Position numbers and translations under genes: made by a program | The notes under the pieces: model-generated | What the model saw: the letters and a program-made list of their open reading frames with translations, nothing else | Databases searched by the model: none | Told to the model about the DNA's origin: nothing | Assembly (NCBI GenBank): GCA_965116475.1 | Contig: OZ220691.1 | Span: 512,001-576,000 of the forward strand | Direction of reading: 5' to 3' | Length of the DNA stretch: 64,000 bases | From: Gemmatimonadota bacterium | GTDB lineage: Bacteria; Gemmatimonadota; Gemmatimonadetes; Palauibacterales; Palauibacteraceae | In this document: positions 28,157 through 37,400 of the stretch, piece after piece | Layout of the letters: every line of letters starts with the position of its first letter | Position numbering within the stretch: position 1 is the stretch's first letter

Positions 28157-30223
28157 ATGACGATTCCCAGACGCTCCATTCCCAGACGCTCTTCCGTCAT
28201 CTTCCTCCTCCTCGGGATCACCCTGGCGGGCGTGCCGGCGCGCGCCGCGGGCTCGACCCCGGCCTTGCAGGAGGCTGAACAGGAGGCCGAGCAGCAGGCC
28301 GCGGACACCGTCGAGGTGGCGTCCGAGGTCACCGCCATCACCCTGCCGGACATCGTCGTCACGGCCGTCCTGCGTCCCACGGCCGTGAGCGAGGCGATCC
28401 GGCCTTCCGCCGTCTTCTCGGGCGAAACGCTGCAGCGGCAGCTCGCGGGAACCCTCGCACAGACGGTGGAATCGGTCCCGGGGGTCACCGTGACCAGCAT
28501 GGGGCCGGGCACGTCCCAGCCCGTCATCCGTGGCCTGAGCGGAGACCGCATTCTCGTGCTCGAAGATGGCCAGCGGGTGGGGGACGTCCTCAGCAGCGGC
28601 CCGGACCACGCCTCGGCGCTCGCCCCCTCCTCGGCCCGGCGGATCGACGTGATTCGCGGACCGAGCGCGATTCTATACGGCAGCAACGCGCTCGGCGGCG
28701 TGATCAACGTCATTCGGGAAGAGGTTCCGCAGGCGGTGCCTCGCCGCGCGACCGGGTTCACCTCGCTCCAGGGGGAGGGGGCGACCCGCGGCATCGGGGG
28801 GAGCAGCCAGCTCACCATCGGCATCACCGAGAACATCCCGCTTCGCGTCGAGGTCTCGAAGCGCGAGGGAGGAGATCTGCGCACGCCCATCGGGAGGCTG
28901 CCGGGGACCCAGACCGACGTGCGGAGCGTGGGGGCCGGAACCTCGTGGGTGGACGACTGGGGTTACGCGGGCGGTTCGTTCCGCTACTTCGCGAACGACT
29001 ACGGGATCCCCGGCGGCTTCGTCGGCGGCCACACGAACGCGGTGCGCACCGAGCAGGAGAGAGCCGCAGGCCGGTTTCGCAGCGTCATCCGGCCCGGGCG
29101 AGGGCTGGAGGCGATTGAATTCGATGCCGGCTACACCTGGTACCGGCACCACGAGATGGAACCCCCGGACATCCTGGGCGCCCAATACGATCGCGAGATC
29201 GTGAGCGGAGAGGCCCGGGCGCGGCACGCGGGATGGGGGCCGTTCGCATCGGGGGCCATCGGGGCCAGAGTCTCGTGGGAGGACTTCGGATTCGCGGGCG
29301 CGCTGCACACCCCGAACTCCCGGCGCAGGACGCAGGCGGCGTATGTCCTCGAGCAGATCCAACTCGATCCGGTCACGGTCGAGGCCGGGCTCCGCTACGA
29401 CCGGGTCGAACTTGAACCGGACCGGGAAGACGCGTCCTCCGACATCGGACACATCCGCGCGCGGTCCTTCGATGCCGTCTCGGGATCGCTGGGTGCGTTG
29501 CTGCCGGTGACGGGGCAGTTCACCCTCGGCGCGAGCGTGGCGCGTGCCTTTCGCACGCCGGATGTACACGAACTCTACTCGGAGGGGCCGCACCTGGCGG
29601 CCAATTCATACGACGTCGGCAATCCCTCGCTCGGGACGGAAACGGGACTCGGCATCGACGTGTTCGGGCGCGTCACGGGAGAGCGCCTGAGCGCCGAGGC
29701 GACGTGGTTCAGGAACACGATCGCGGGCTACATCTTTCCGCAGGCGACCGGTGAACTCAGCCGCGTGCGGCTCCCCATCTACCAGTTCGTGGGAGAGGAC
29801 GCCGTGCTGACCGGCATCGAGAGCCAGCTCGTGTGGTCGGTGCCGGCCGGACTCAGGCTGGAGGCGGCCGCGTCGTACGTGCGCGGCACGATCCGCGCCA
29901 GCGACGAACCCCTCCCCTTCATGCCTCCCCTCCAGGGTCGCGTCGCGATCGGCTATTCGCCGGTGAACTGGTTCGTGGAGGCCGAGACGCGGCTGGCCGC
30001 GAGCCAGGAACGGACGGGGCGGTTCGAGGCACCCACCGACGGATACGCGATCCTCGGCCTCTCCGGCGGCGTGCGTTTCACCTTCGCCGGACGGCCGCAC
30101 GTCCTGACGCTCCACCTCGACAACCTCGGCAACACCGAGTACAGGCGTCACCTGTCGCGGGTGAAGGAGATCATGCCCGAGGCCGGGAGGAGCCTGAGCC
30201 TGACCTACCGCGTCGTGTACTAG
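28157..30223 (+). CDS. TonB-dependent receptor (metal uptake type)
   Basis: TonB box DIVVTA, plug PVIRGL...RIDVIRGPSAILYGSNALGGVINV, C-terminal GRSLSLTYRVVY. Confidence 0.92.
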   Translation: MTIPRRSIPRRSSVIFLLLGITLAGVPARAAGSTPALQEAEQEAEQQAADTVEVASEVTAITLPDIVVTAVLRPTAVSEAIRPSAVFSGETLQRQLAGTLAQTVESVPGVTVTSMGPGTSQPVIRGLSGDRILVLEDGQRVGDVLSSGPDHASALAPSSARRIDVIRGPSAILYGSNALGGVINVIREEVPQAVPRRATGFTSLQGEGATRGIGGSSQLTIGITENIPLRVEVSKREGGDLRTPIGRLPGTQTDVRSVGAGTSWVDDWGYAGGSFRYFANDYGIPGGFVGGHTNAVRTEQERAAGRFRSVIRPGRGLEAIEFDAGYTWYRHHEMEPPDILGAQYDREIVSGEARARHAGWGPFASGAIGARVSWEDFGFAGALHTPNSRRRTQAAYVLEQIQLDPVTVEAGLRYDRVELEPDREDASSDIGHIRARSFDAVSGSLGALLPVTGQFTLGASVARAFRTPDVHELYSEGPHLAANSYDVGNPSLGTETGLGIDVFGRVTGERLSAEATWFRNTIAGYIFPQATGELSRVRLPIYQFVGEDAVLTGIESQLVWSVPAGLRLEAAASYVRGTIRASDEPLPFMPPLQGRVAIGYSPVNWFVEAETRLAASQERTGRFEAPTDGYAILGLSGGVRFTFAGRPHVLTLHLDNLGNTEYRRHLSRVKEIMPEAGRSLSLTYRVVY

Positions 30224-30366
30224 CGCGACCCGCGGGCGCCGCCCATCCGGCACGGCGTTCGCGCACCCCCGTTTCCGGGCCTCCTCCGGGCCTCCGTACG
30301 CAAATCCGATCGGACCCGCTATTCTGAAGCGCGAATGCGCTGAGGGTCTCGACCGGTGCGGGGGAC

Positions 30367-30906
30367 ATGACGGTTTTCGAGGACCATAGAGACGGCTTCG
30401 CGCGGGCGGAGGCGTTCTGCGGCCGGGTGGCGGCGGCGTTCGCCGTGGCCGGCGGGGTCGCGGTCGCGGTGCTGCTGGGGATCACGGTGGCCGAGGTCTT
30501 CTGGCGCTACGTCCTCAACGATTCCCTGCTCTGGATCGAGGACGTGTCGACGATGTCGCTCGCCGTCGTCGTGGCGGCGGCGGTGGCCTACGGCGCGCGC
30601 GAGGGCTCGCACGTGTGCGTGAACCTGCTCGCGCGCCTCGCCGGCCGCCGCGTCACCCGGGTCACGGACGCCATCGCCCGGCTGCTCGGCGTGGGCGCCA
30701 CCGCCGCGGCCGCCTACGCCCTGTTCGCGCACGGCAGTTGCGGCCTTCCCTGCGGCGCCGTCACCGGCAGCGTGTCGATCCCGCACCTGCCGTTCTACTA
30801 CGCGCTCGGCGCGTCGCTCGCCGCCTACGGCCTGCTGCTCGCCTCCCAACTTCTCCTGGGGTTCGCCGTGTGGAACGCGGAAGACCCCAACGAGCCGGCC
30901 GAGTGA
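30367..30906 (+). CDS. dctQ: TRAP transporter small permease
   Basis: Four TM segments; EVFWRY......WIEDVS; HVCVNLL. Confidence 0.85.
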   Translation: MTVFEDHRDGFARAEAFCGRVAAAFAVAGGVAVAVLLGITVAEVFWRYVLNDSLLWIEDVSTMSLAVVVAAAVAYGAREGSHVCVNLLARLAGRRVTRVTDAIARLLGVGATAAAAYALFAHGSCGLPCGAVTGSVSIPHLPFYYALGASLAAYGLLLASQLLLGFAVWNAEDPNEPAE

Positions 30907-30974
30907 GCGGGCGGGGCGCGTGAGCGGGTGGGGCGCGTGAGCGGGTGGGGCGCGTGAGCGGGCGGGGCGCGTGA
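30903..30974 (+). repeat. 4 x 17-bp tandem repeat GTGAGCGGGYGGGGCGC at the dctQ/dctM junction
   Basis: Read directly. Confidence 0.92.
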
Positions 30975-32278
30975 TGGACGGGACCGGCATCGCCCTCGCG
31001 GGCTTTCTCGCCCTCTTCGTCCTGCTCTTCATCCGGGTGCCGGTGGGGCTGGCGATGCTCGTCGTCGGCGTGGGCGGCATCGCGGCGGTCCGTCCGGGCG
31101 CCGTCACGGCCGTGCTGGCGGGCGAGATCTTCGCCGTCGCCTCCCGCTATCCCCTCACCATCCTGCCGCTGTTCATGCTGATGGGGAACCTGGCCGTGGC
31201 CTCCGGGATGAGCCAGGACCTGTACCGCGCGGCCCACAGTTGGCTCGGCCGCTTCCGGGGCAGCCTCGCCTCCGCGTCGATCGTCGCCTGCGCCGGATTC
31301 TCGGCCCTTTCCGGCTCGTCGCTGGCCGCCGCGCTCACCATGGGCCGCGTGTCGCTGCCCGAGATGCGGCGGTTCAGGTACGACGACTCGCTGGCGACCG
31401 GGGCCATCGCCGCCGGCGGCACGCTCGGCTTCCTCATCCCGCCCTCCGCGGGACTCGTCATCTACGGGATCGTCACCGAAGAGAGCATCGGCCGACTCTT
31501 CATGGCCGGCGTCGTGCCCGGGATCGTGCTCACGCTGCTCTTCGTGCTCACCGTCTGGATCGTCGTCCGGCGCGACCCCGACAAAGCGCCCCACGCCCGG
31601 ACGCCCGTTCCGTGGCGGGAGCGCCTGCGCGCCACCGCGAGCGCGGCGTGGATCCTGGGCATCGTCATCGTGACCATCGGCGGCATCTACGCCGGCATCT
31701 TCTCCGCCATCGAGGCGGCCGGCGTCGGCGCGTGCCTCACGCTCGTCGCGGCCTGCGCGCGGCGGGCGCTGAACCGGCGGACCGTTGTCGAGATCGTCAA
31801 CGGCACGCTGAAGGCGAGCGGCACCGCCTTCCTGATCCTGTTCGGCGCGTTCGTGTTCAAGGTCTTCCTCGGACTTACCGGGATCGCGTTCGTCGCGGCG
31901 GAGTGGGTCGGCGAGCAGGGGTTCTCCGGCGCCCAGGTCGTGGTGCTCGTGCTGCTCGTGTTCATCGTGCTCGGGACGTTCCTGGACGGGTTCGCGATGC
32001 TCGTGCTGACCGTGCCCCTCGTGCAGCCGATCCTCGAGTCACTGGGCGTCGACATGATCTGGTTCGGCGTGATGATCGTGGTCACGCTCGAGATGGGACT
32101 GATCTCGCCCCCCGTGGGGCTGAACATCTTCGTGGTCAAGGGCGTCGCCCCGGACGTGCCGGTGCGCACGATGTTCCGCGGCATCCTGCCGTTCTGGCTC
32201 GCGATGCTGGCGGCGCTGACCCTGATCGCGCTCTTCCCCCGCATCGCCACCTTCCTCCCGAACGCGATGTATGGATGA
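30971..32278 (+). CDS. dctM: TRAP transporter large permease
   Basis: LPLFMLMG, SGSSLA, GGTLGFLIPPS, SIGRLF.AG..PG, MGLISPPVGLN. Confidence 0.93.
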   Translation: MMDGTGIALAGFLALFVLLFIRVPVGLAMLVVGVGGIAAVRPGAVTAVLAGEIFAVASRYPLTILPLFMLMGNLAVASGMSQDLYRAAHSWLGRFRGSLASASIVACAGFSALSGSSLAAALTMGRVSLPEMRRFRYDDSLATGAIAAGGTLGFLIPPSAGLVIYGIVTEESIGRLFMAGVVPGIVLTLLFVLTVWIVVRRDPDKAPHARTPVPWRERLRATASAAWILGIVIVTIGGIYAGIFSAIEAAGVGACLTLVAACARRALNRRTVVEIVNGTLKASGTAFLILFGAFVFKVFLGLTGIAFVAAEWVGEQGFSGAQVVVLVLLVFIVLGTFLDGFAMLVLTVPLVQPILESLGVDMIWFGVMIVVTLEMGLISPPVGLNIFVVKGVAPDVPVRTMFRGILPFWLAMLAALTLIALFPRIATFLPNAMYG

Positions 32279-32309
32279 GGGTGTACGGATGAGGGTGTAC
32301 GGATGAGCG
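32268..32309 (+). repeat. 3 x 14-bp tandem repeat TGTAYGGATGAGGG at the dctM/NCS2 junction
   Basis: Read directly. Confidence 0.9.
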
Positions 32310-34078
32310 CGGCCGGGGGTCTCCGATACGAGGTGGAGGACCGGGTTCCGGGGCCGGTCGCGCTGGGTCTCGGCCTGCAGCTCGCCGCGATGGGGGTTAA
32401 CGGGGCCGTGCTGATACCCACGATCGTGTTCCAGGCGGGGGGTGCCGAGGAACTCGTGTTGTGGGCGGTGTTCGCCTCGGTCCTGGCGTGCAGCGTCGCC
32501 ACCATCCTCCAGGGCTGGCGCGTGGGGCGGATCGGGGCGGGGTACGCGCTGCCGCACGTCAGCTCGGCGATCTTCATCGGCGTGTGCGCGGAGGCGCTGA
32601 TCCAGGGAGGAGCGGGGCTGCTCGCCACCCTGGTCGTCATCTCCGCGCTCGCCCAGGCGGCCTTTTCCGCGCGGCTCTCGCTCCTGCACCGGGTGCTCAC
32701 GCCCGTCGTCACGGGGACGGTGGTCATGCTCCTCCCCGTCACCGTGATGCCGATCCTCTTCGGCATGCTCAACGAGTTGCCGCCGGGCGCCCCCGTGCCG
32801 GCCGCGCCGCTGAGCGCCGCCATGACACTCGTCGCCACCCTCGGGATCGCGCTCCGGACGGGAGGGACCCTGCGCCTGTGGGCTCCGGCCATCGGCATCC
32901 TCGCGGGCTCCCTGACCGGGGCCGCCTTCGGCATCTACGACACCGGCCTCGTGGCCGACGCCCGGTGGATCGGCTTCCCGGTCGGCGGGCTGCCCGCGCT
33001 GGACGTCGGCTTCGGCCCGGCGTTCTGGGGATTGCTGCCCGCGTTCCTGTTCGTGGCGCTCGTCGGCACGACCAAGTCGGTCGCCGTCGCGGTCGCCGCC
33101 CAGCGCTTGTCGTGGCGCCGGCCGCGGGCGGTCGATTTTCGCGCCGTGCAGCGTGCCGTGGCCGCGAAGGGCGCCGGGAACCTGCTCGCGGGCCTCGCGG
33201 GAACGATGCCGAACACGCTCAACGTGAACGCCGTGGCCGCCATCGAAGTCACGGGCGTCGCGGCGCGCCGGGTCGGCGTCGCGGCCGGACTCGTCTTCTT
33301 CGTCCTCGCCTTCGTCCCCAAGGCGCTCGCCCTCATTCTCGCCATTCCCGGAGCCGTCGTGGCCGCCTCCATGGCCGTGATCATGGCGACGCTGTTCACG
33401 GTCGGGATGCGCGAAGTCGCGCGGAGCATCGGCTCGAACCCCCGCAACGGCCTCATCGCGGGCGTCTCGTTCTGGACGGGCGTCGCCTGCGAGTTCGACA
33501 TGGTCTTTCCCGCGTTCTTCGCCGAGTTCGCGGGCGGGCTGTTGAGCAGCGGGCTCACGGCGGGGGGCCTGGTGGCGCTGCTGCTCACGGGGCTCACGGC
33601 GCGGCGGAAGCGCCGGCTCAGGGGTACACTCGACATGGCCGAACTGCCGCGGATCCGGGAGTTCATCCAGGCGTTCTCGGCCCGGCACGGGCTGGCGCCC
33701 GTCCTGGACCGGCTCGAAGCCGCGAGCGAGGAGGCGCTGCTGACGCTTCTGGAGTCGCGCGAGGACCCGGAGGGGGCGGAGGGGGCGGAGGGGGCGGAAG
33801 AAGCACCGGCCCCGGGGAGACGTGAGCTTCTTCTGACGGCGAGCGAGGAGGACGACGAGGCCGTGCTGGAATTCAGGGTCGGCGCCGCGGGCAGCGAGGA
33901 ACTCAACCTCCAGGACCGCCTGGCGTGGCTCGAGGCGGACACCCGGGCGGCCGACGTGGAGCAGGAGATCTCGCTCCGGCTGCTCCGGCACCTCGCCTCC
34001 TCCGTGCGGCACCGGCAGTTTCACGACGTGGACATACTCACCCTGCGCGTCTCCGCCGTCCCCGAGCGGGAGTCCTGA
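32303..34078 (+). CDS. NCS2 (xanthine/uracil permease) family protein with C-terminal degenerate RsbW/HATPase-like domain
   Basis: LRYEVEDR, LGLQ, TILQ..RVGRIGAG, TPVVTGTV, TGVAARRVG, PK......IP..V; ~160-aa soluble tail. Confidence 0.78.
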   Translation: MSAAGGLRYEVEDRVPGPVALGLGLQLAAMGVNGAVLIPTIVFQAGGAEELVLWAVFASVLACSVATILQGWRVGRIGAGYALPHVSSAIFIGVCAEALIQGGAGLLATLVVISALAQAAFSARLSLLHRVLTPVVTGTVVMLLPVTVMPILFGMLNELPPGAPVPAAPLSAAMTLVATLGIALRTGGTLRLWAPAIGILAGSLTGAAFGIYDTGLVADARWIGFPVGGLPALDVGFGPAFWGLLPAFLFVALVGTTKSVAVAVAAQRLSWRRPRAVDFRAVQRAVAAKGAGNLLAGLAGTMPNTLNVNAVAAIEVTGVAARRVGVAAGLVFFVLAFVPKALALILAIPGAVVAASMAVIMATLFTVGMREVARSIGSNPRNGLIAGVSFWTGVACEFDMVFPAFFAEFAGGLLSSGLTAGGLVALLLTGLTARRKRRLRGTLDMAELPRIREFIQAFSARHGLAPVLDRLEAASEEALLTLLESREDPEGAEGAEGAEEAPAPGRRELLLTASEEDDEAVLEFRVGAAGSEELNLQDRLAWLEADTRAADVEQEISLRLLRHLASSVRHRQFHDVDILTLRVSAVPERES

Positions 34079-35094
34079 TGGCCAACGCGAGGCGGCTGCT
34101 CGCTGTCGGCCTGCTCGTTGTCGGCCTGCTCGTCGCGGGCGGATGCGGGGATGCCTCCGACGCAAGCCGTACCCGGGAGTTGTCGCTGGCGCACTTCCTG
34201 CCGGCGGATCACGTCCTCACCGGGGACATGTTCACGCCGCTGGCGGAGAAGCTCTCGGAGCTTTCGAGCGGCAGACTCACCGTGAGACAGTTCCCCGCCG
34301 GGGCCCTGAACTCGTCGGCGCCGGCGCAGTACTCGATCCTGCGGAGCGGCGTGGCCGACATCGCCCTCGCGATTCCCGCCTACACCGCCGACATCTTTCC
34401 GAAGACCGACCTCATCGGCTTTCCCGGCATCTGCAAGACCGCGGTGGAGTGCACCGAGGCCATGCGGCACGCCCGGTCCGTGCTGGAGGCGGAGTACGAC
34501 GCGAAGGTCCTGGGACTGTGGTCCAACGACGCCCCGGTGCTGATCACGCGCGAGACACCCGTGCGGACGCTCGAGGACATGCGCGGGCTCAAGATCCGCG
34601 TGTCGACGCGGAGCCTCATCCCCTTCATCGAGGCGCTGGGCGCCAGCGCGGTCATGCAGCCCGGCACCGTGGTCCATCAGAGCCTGACCACCGGCGTCAT
34701 CGACGGCGTCGCCATCTCCCCGTCGGGAATCGTGGCCTTCCAGCTGCACGAACCCGCCGCCTACCTGACCACCTGGCTCCCCGCGTCCGGACTTCCGTTC
34801 GTCCTGCTGATGAACCGGGGGGTCTACGAGGCCCTCTCGCCCGAGGAACAGGGCTGGATCGACGAAGCCGCCGACGCCTCGCTGTCGATGGCGGGGGCCA
34901 CCGCCTACGCGCGCGCCGGCGCCGACGGCCTGCGGATGGCGGAGGAAGCCGGCGTCGAGATCATCGACCTTCCCGAGAGCGAGATCCGCCGCTTCGAACA
35001 GGCCATCGCCTCCGTCCGCGAGGCCGGCCTCGCCCGCCAGGTAGGCGACATGACCGCCGCCGACGTGATCCGCCTCTTCCGCCCGGCCCCGTAA
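34078..35094 (+). CDS. dctP: TRAP substrate-binding lipoprotein
   Basis: Lipobox VAGGC; SSGRLTV..FPAGAL; VRTLEDMRGLKIR; SLTTGVIDG; LLMN..YEAL. Confidence 0.9.
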   Translation: MANARRLLAVGLLVVGLLVAGGCGDASDASRTRELSLAHFLPADHVLTGDMFTPLAEKLSELSSGRLTVRQFPAGALNSSAPAQYSILRSGVADIALAIPAYTADIFPKTDLIGFPGICKTAVECTEAMRHARSVLEAEYDAKVLGLWSNDAPVLITRETPVRTLEDMRGLKIRVSTRSLIPFIEALGASAVMQPGTVVHQSLTTGVIDGVAISPSGIVAFQLHEPAAYLTTWLPASGLPFVLLMNRGVYEALSPEEQGWIDEAADASLSMAGATAYARAGADGLRMAEEAGVEIIDLPESEIRRFEQAIASVREAGLARQVGDMTAADVIRLFRPAP

Positions 35095-35134
35095 GCGACC
35101 GCCGGACGGGCCGAGTGCCAATGGCCGTGCCTTC

Positions 35135-35694
35135 ATGACGCTGGGACAACTTCTTGCGTTCAACGTCGCCTTGTTGTTCGCGATCGCGAGCCCGGGACCC
35201 GCCCTGCTGGTGGCCGTCCAGACCGCGCTTCGCTCCGGACGTGCGGCCGGAATCGCCATCGGGGCCGGTCTCGGTGCGATGGCCGCGACGTGGACGCTGC
35301 TCGCCGCGGGCGGGCTGGGACTGGTCTTCGAGAGGCTGCCGTGGCTGTACGGGTCCATGCGGGCCGCCGGGGCGCTCTATCTGTTCTATCTCGCGTACCG
35401 GATGTGGACGAGCGCCGCGAAACCCCCGCCAGCCCGCTCCGCCCCCCAACGGCAGGCCTTCCTCCGGGGGATGATCATCAACCTCTCGAATCCCAAGTCG
35501 GTCCTCTTCGCGGCCTCGTGATCGTCGCCAACCACTTGCTCGTCGAGATCGTGTTCTACACCACACTCGTCTTCTGCATGAGCACACAGGCGGTCGCCGC
35601 CCGGTACATGCGGGCGAGACTCTACATCGATCGCGCCGCAGCCTCGATCCTCGGCGCCCTCGGGCTCTGGATCGCGATTTCGGCCCTCGCGTAG
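35135..35694 (+). pseudogene. LysE family translocator with an internal frameshifting deletion
   Basis: SPGPALL...NLSNPKSVLFAAS* in one frame; the C-terminal VIVANHLLVE...IDRAAASILGALG continues in another frame from ~35518. Confidence 0.8.
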
Positions 35695-35724
35695 CGCCGA
35701 TTGCCACCCTCACGCCGCCATCGG

Positions 35725-37116
35725 TCACGCCGCCATCGGCCTGGTCTCGTACTGTCCCCAGAGGACCCAGAGCGCCCAGTCGATGTCCAGCGGGTCGCCC
35801 ATCCAGAGGCTGGTCGCCGTCCAGGGGTCGATCCCCTCCTGACGGTGCCAGTTCCCGAGTCCCGCATCGGCGGTTCGGGGCGCCCTGACGTCCTCGCGTA
35901 CCGGGGGCACCGCCGGTACCACGCGCCCGGCCGGATCGCGGAAGCGCGCCGCGCCCGCCTCCCCCATCTCGACGCGCCAGCCGCCCTCGTGCACGGCCCT
36001 GTGATGGAACCGGCACAGGAGGATCAGGTTGTCGAGCTTCGTCTCGCCCCCCTCGGACCAGGGGATGGCGTGATGGGCCTGCGTGTAACGCGAGCCGCAG
36101 CCCGGGAAACGGCAGCCCCCGTCCCGGACGTCGAGCGCCTTGCGCAGCCGCCACCCGACGGTGCGCTGGCGGCGGCCCACGTCCAGCACCGAGCCGTCCC
36201 GCCCGCGCTTCACCTCCACGGTCTCCGCGTCGCAGGCCAGGCGCCGGGACGTTCCCGCGGGAACGTGTGAGCCGTCCTCCGTGGCCAGGATCTCGGGGCC
36301 GCCGGCCACGGTGTGGACCACCAGTTGAGCCCTCGCCTCGGCGCGCTCCTCGAGCCACGCTCCGAGCGCGTCGTGGCGCCGCTCCGTCTGACTCGGCCGG
36401 AGCCCGGGCGTCGGCGTCGGCTGGGGCCCGGCCATCGGCCCGGCCGGCGGCGGGTCCGGCTCCCCCGTGGCGGCATCGGCCTCGCGCTCCATGGCGGCGT
36501 CGGCCTCACGCTCCATGGCGCACTCCTGCCGGTGGAGTTCGTCCACGGTGACGTCCAGCGTCTCCACGAGCAGGGCGCCCACCTCGGGCATGAGCAGGCC
36601 ACGGACCTCGTACATCCCGTCGGCCGTCATCCGGACCGTCAGGTGACGGCGGGCCGCCATCTCCGACGTCCCGTCCGGCGCCGCCATGGCGGCCTCCGCG
36701 CTCTTCGCCGCCCGCACGAAACGCTCCACCTGGCTCGCCGTGTGGTGGAGGGCGAACTCGACCAGCCGCGCCTCGTTCTCGGCCGTGGCCATGCGCGTGA
36801 GCGCCCGGACCTTGGACCAGGAGAGCCGCCCCTTCTCCATCTCGGCGGAGGTCAGCGGCAGGTCGGCGAGGCGGCGGGCCGCCCGCAGCCGCTCGCGGGC
36901 CGCGCCGAGGGAGATGCCGGCGCGCCAGTTCAGCCAGTGGGCGCAGGAGCGCCACCCGCTCCAGCGTTCCTCCTCATCGTAGCGGCGCAACAGCGTCAGG
37001 AGCCGATACTGGGCCGCGTCGATGTGGGCGCAGAGTTCGGCGATCTCGTCGCCCACGGGGTCGCCGGCCAAGGCAGCAGGGTGCGAGTCGGCGGAAGGGT
37101 CAGGCGTCTCATGCAT
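35725..37116 (-). CDS. DUF222 (REP13E12-like) + HNH endonuclease
   Basis: IAELCAHIDAA, SCAHWLNWR.G...ARE..R.AR.L..LP, G.LSWSKVRA.TR, RRLACD, LDVGRR.R, RDGGCRFPGC...AHH...W..GGET.LDNL.LLC.FHH..VH. Confidence 0.92.
   Translation of the reverse strand: MHETPDPSADSHPAALAGDPVGDEIAELCAHIDAAQYRLLTLLRRYDEEERWSGWRSCAHWLNWRAGISLGAARERLRAARRLADLPLTSAEMEKGRLSWSKVRALTRMATAENEARLVEFALHHTASQVERFVRAAKSAEAAMAAPDGTSEMAARRHLTVRMTADGMYEVRGLLMPEVGALLVETLDVTVDELHRQECAMEREADAAMEREADAATGEPDPPPAGPMAGPQPTPTPGLRPSQTERRHDALGAWLEERAEARAQLVVHTVAGGPEILATEDGSHVPAGTSRRLACDAETVEVKRGRDGSVLDVGRRQRTVGWRLRKALDVRDGGCRFPGCGSRYTQAHHAIPWSEGGETKLDNLILLCRFHHRAVHEGGWRVEMGEAGAARFRDPAGRVVPAVPPVREDVRAPRTADAGLGNWHRQEGIDPWTATSLWMGDPLDIDWALWVLWGQYETRPMAA
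36250..36265. repeat. 16-bp palindrome copy 5, inside the HNH gene (codes H-V-P-A-G-T)
   Basis: Exact match; minus-strand codons CAC GTT CCC GCG GGA ACG TCC CGG CGC. Confidence 0.95.
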
Positions 37117-37189
37117 GGCGTTCTCATCCGAATCTCAGGGTTCAAAGGGGTACGCACTCATACCCCGATCTTCGGTAAATGTTCGGGTT

Positions 37190-37237
37190 CCGTCTCAACC
37201 AGGTCTCAACGTCGGTCTCAGCGTCGGTCTCAGCGTC
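37190..37237. repeat. Four degenerate 11-12-bp units (GGTCTCARCGTC) upstream of the HNH gene
   Basis: ccgtctcaacc aggtctcaacgt cggtctcagcgt cggtctcagcgt. Confidence 0.75.
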
Positions 37238-37242
37238 CGGGA

Positions 37243-37258
37243 CGTTCCCGCGGGAACG
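37243..37258. repeat. 16-bp palindrome copy 6
   Basis: Exact match ~127 bp upstream of the HNH start. Confidence 0.95.
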
Positions 37259-37298
37259 CCGGAGGCCAGTCAACCGGTGCTGCCGCCCCGCGGGCGTC

Positions 37299-37335
37299 GC
37301 CGAATCCAGTTGCCGAATCCAGTTGCCGAATCCAG
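37299..37335. repeat. ~3 x 13-bp tandem GCCGAATCCAGTT
   Basis: Read directly. Confidence 0.85.
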
Positions 37336-37400
37336 GCGCCGCGCTCGAACGTAGAGTCCTCATCGACCTCACCTTTCCGGAATCCGAGGACGTGAGCGCC

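Noticed and set aside
37170-37190. Possible LexA box upstream of DUF222-HNH (CTTC-N7-GTTC / ATGTTCG half site)
   Set aside because: Only a half or mismatched site, and the LexA consensus for this lineage is unknown to me.
22191-37335. Tandem repeats or the 16-bp palindrome as a CRISPR array
   Set aside because: No unique spacers of regular length, palindrome spacing is 0.5-13 kb, and no cas genes are present.
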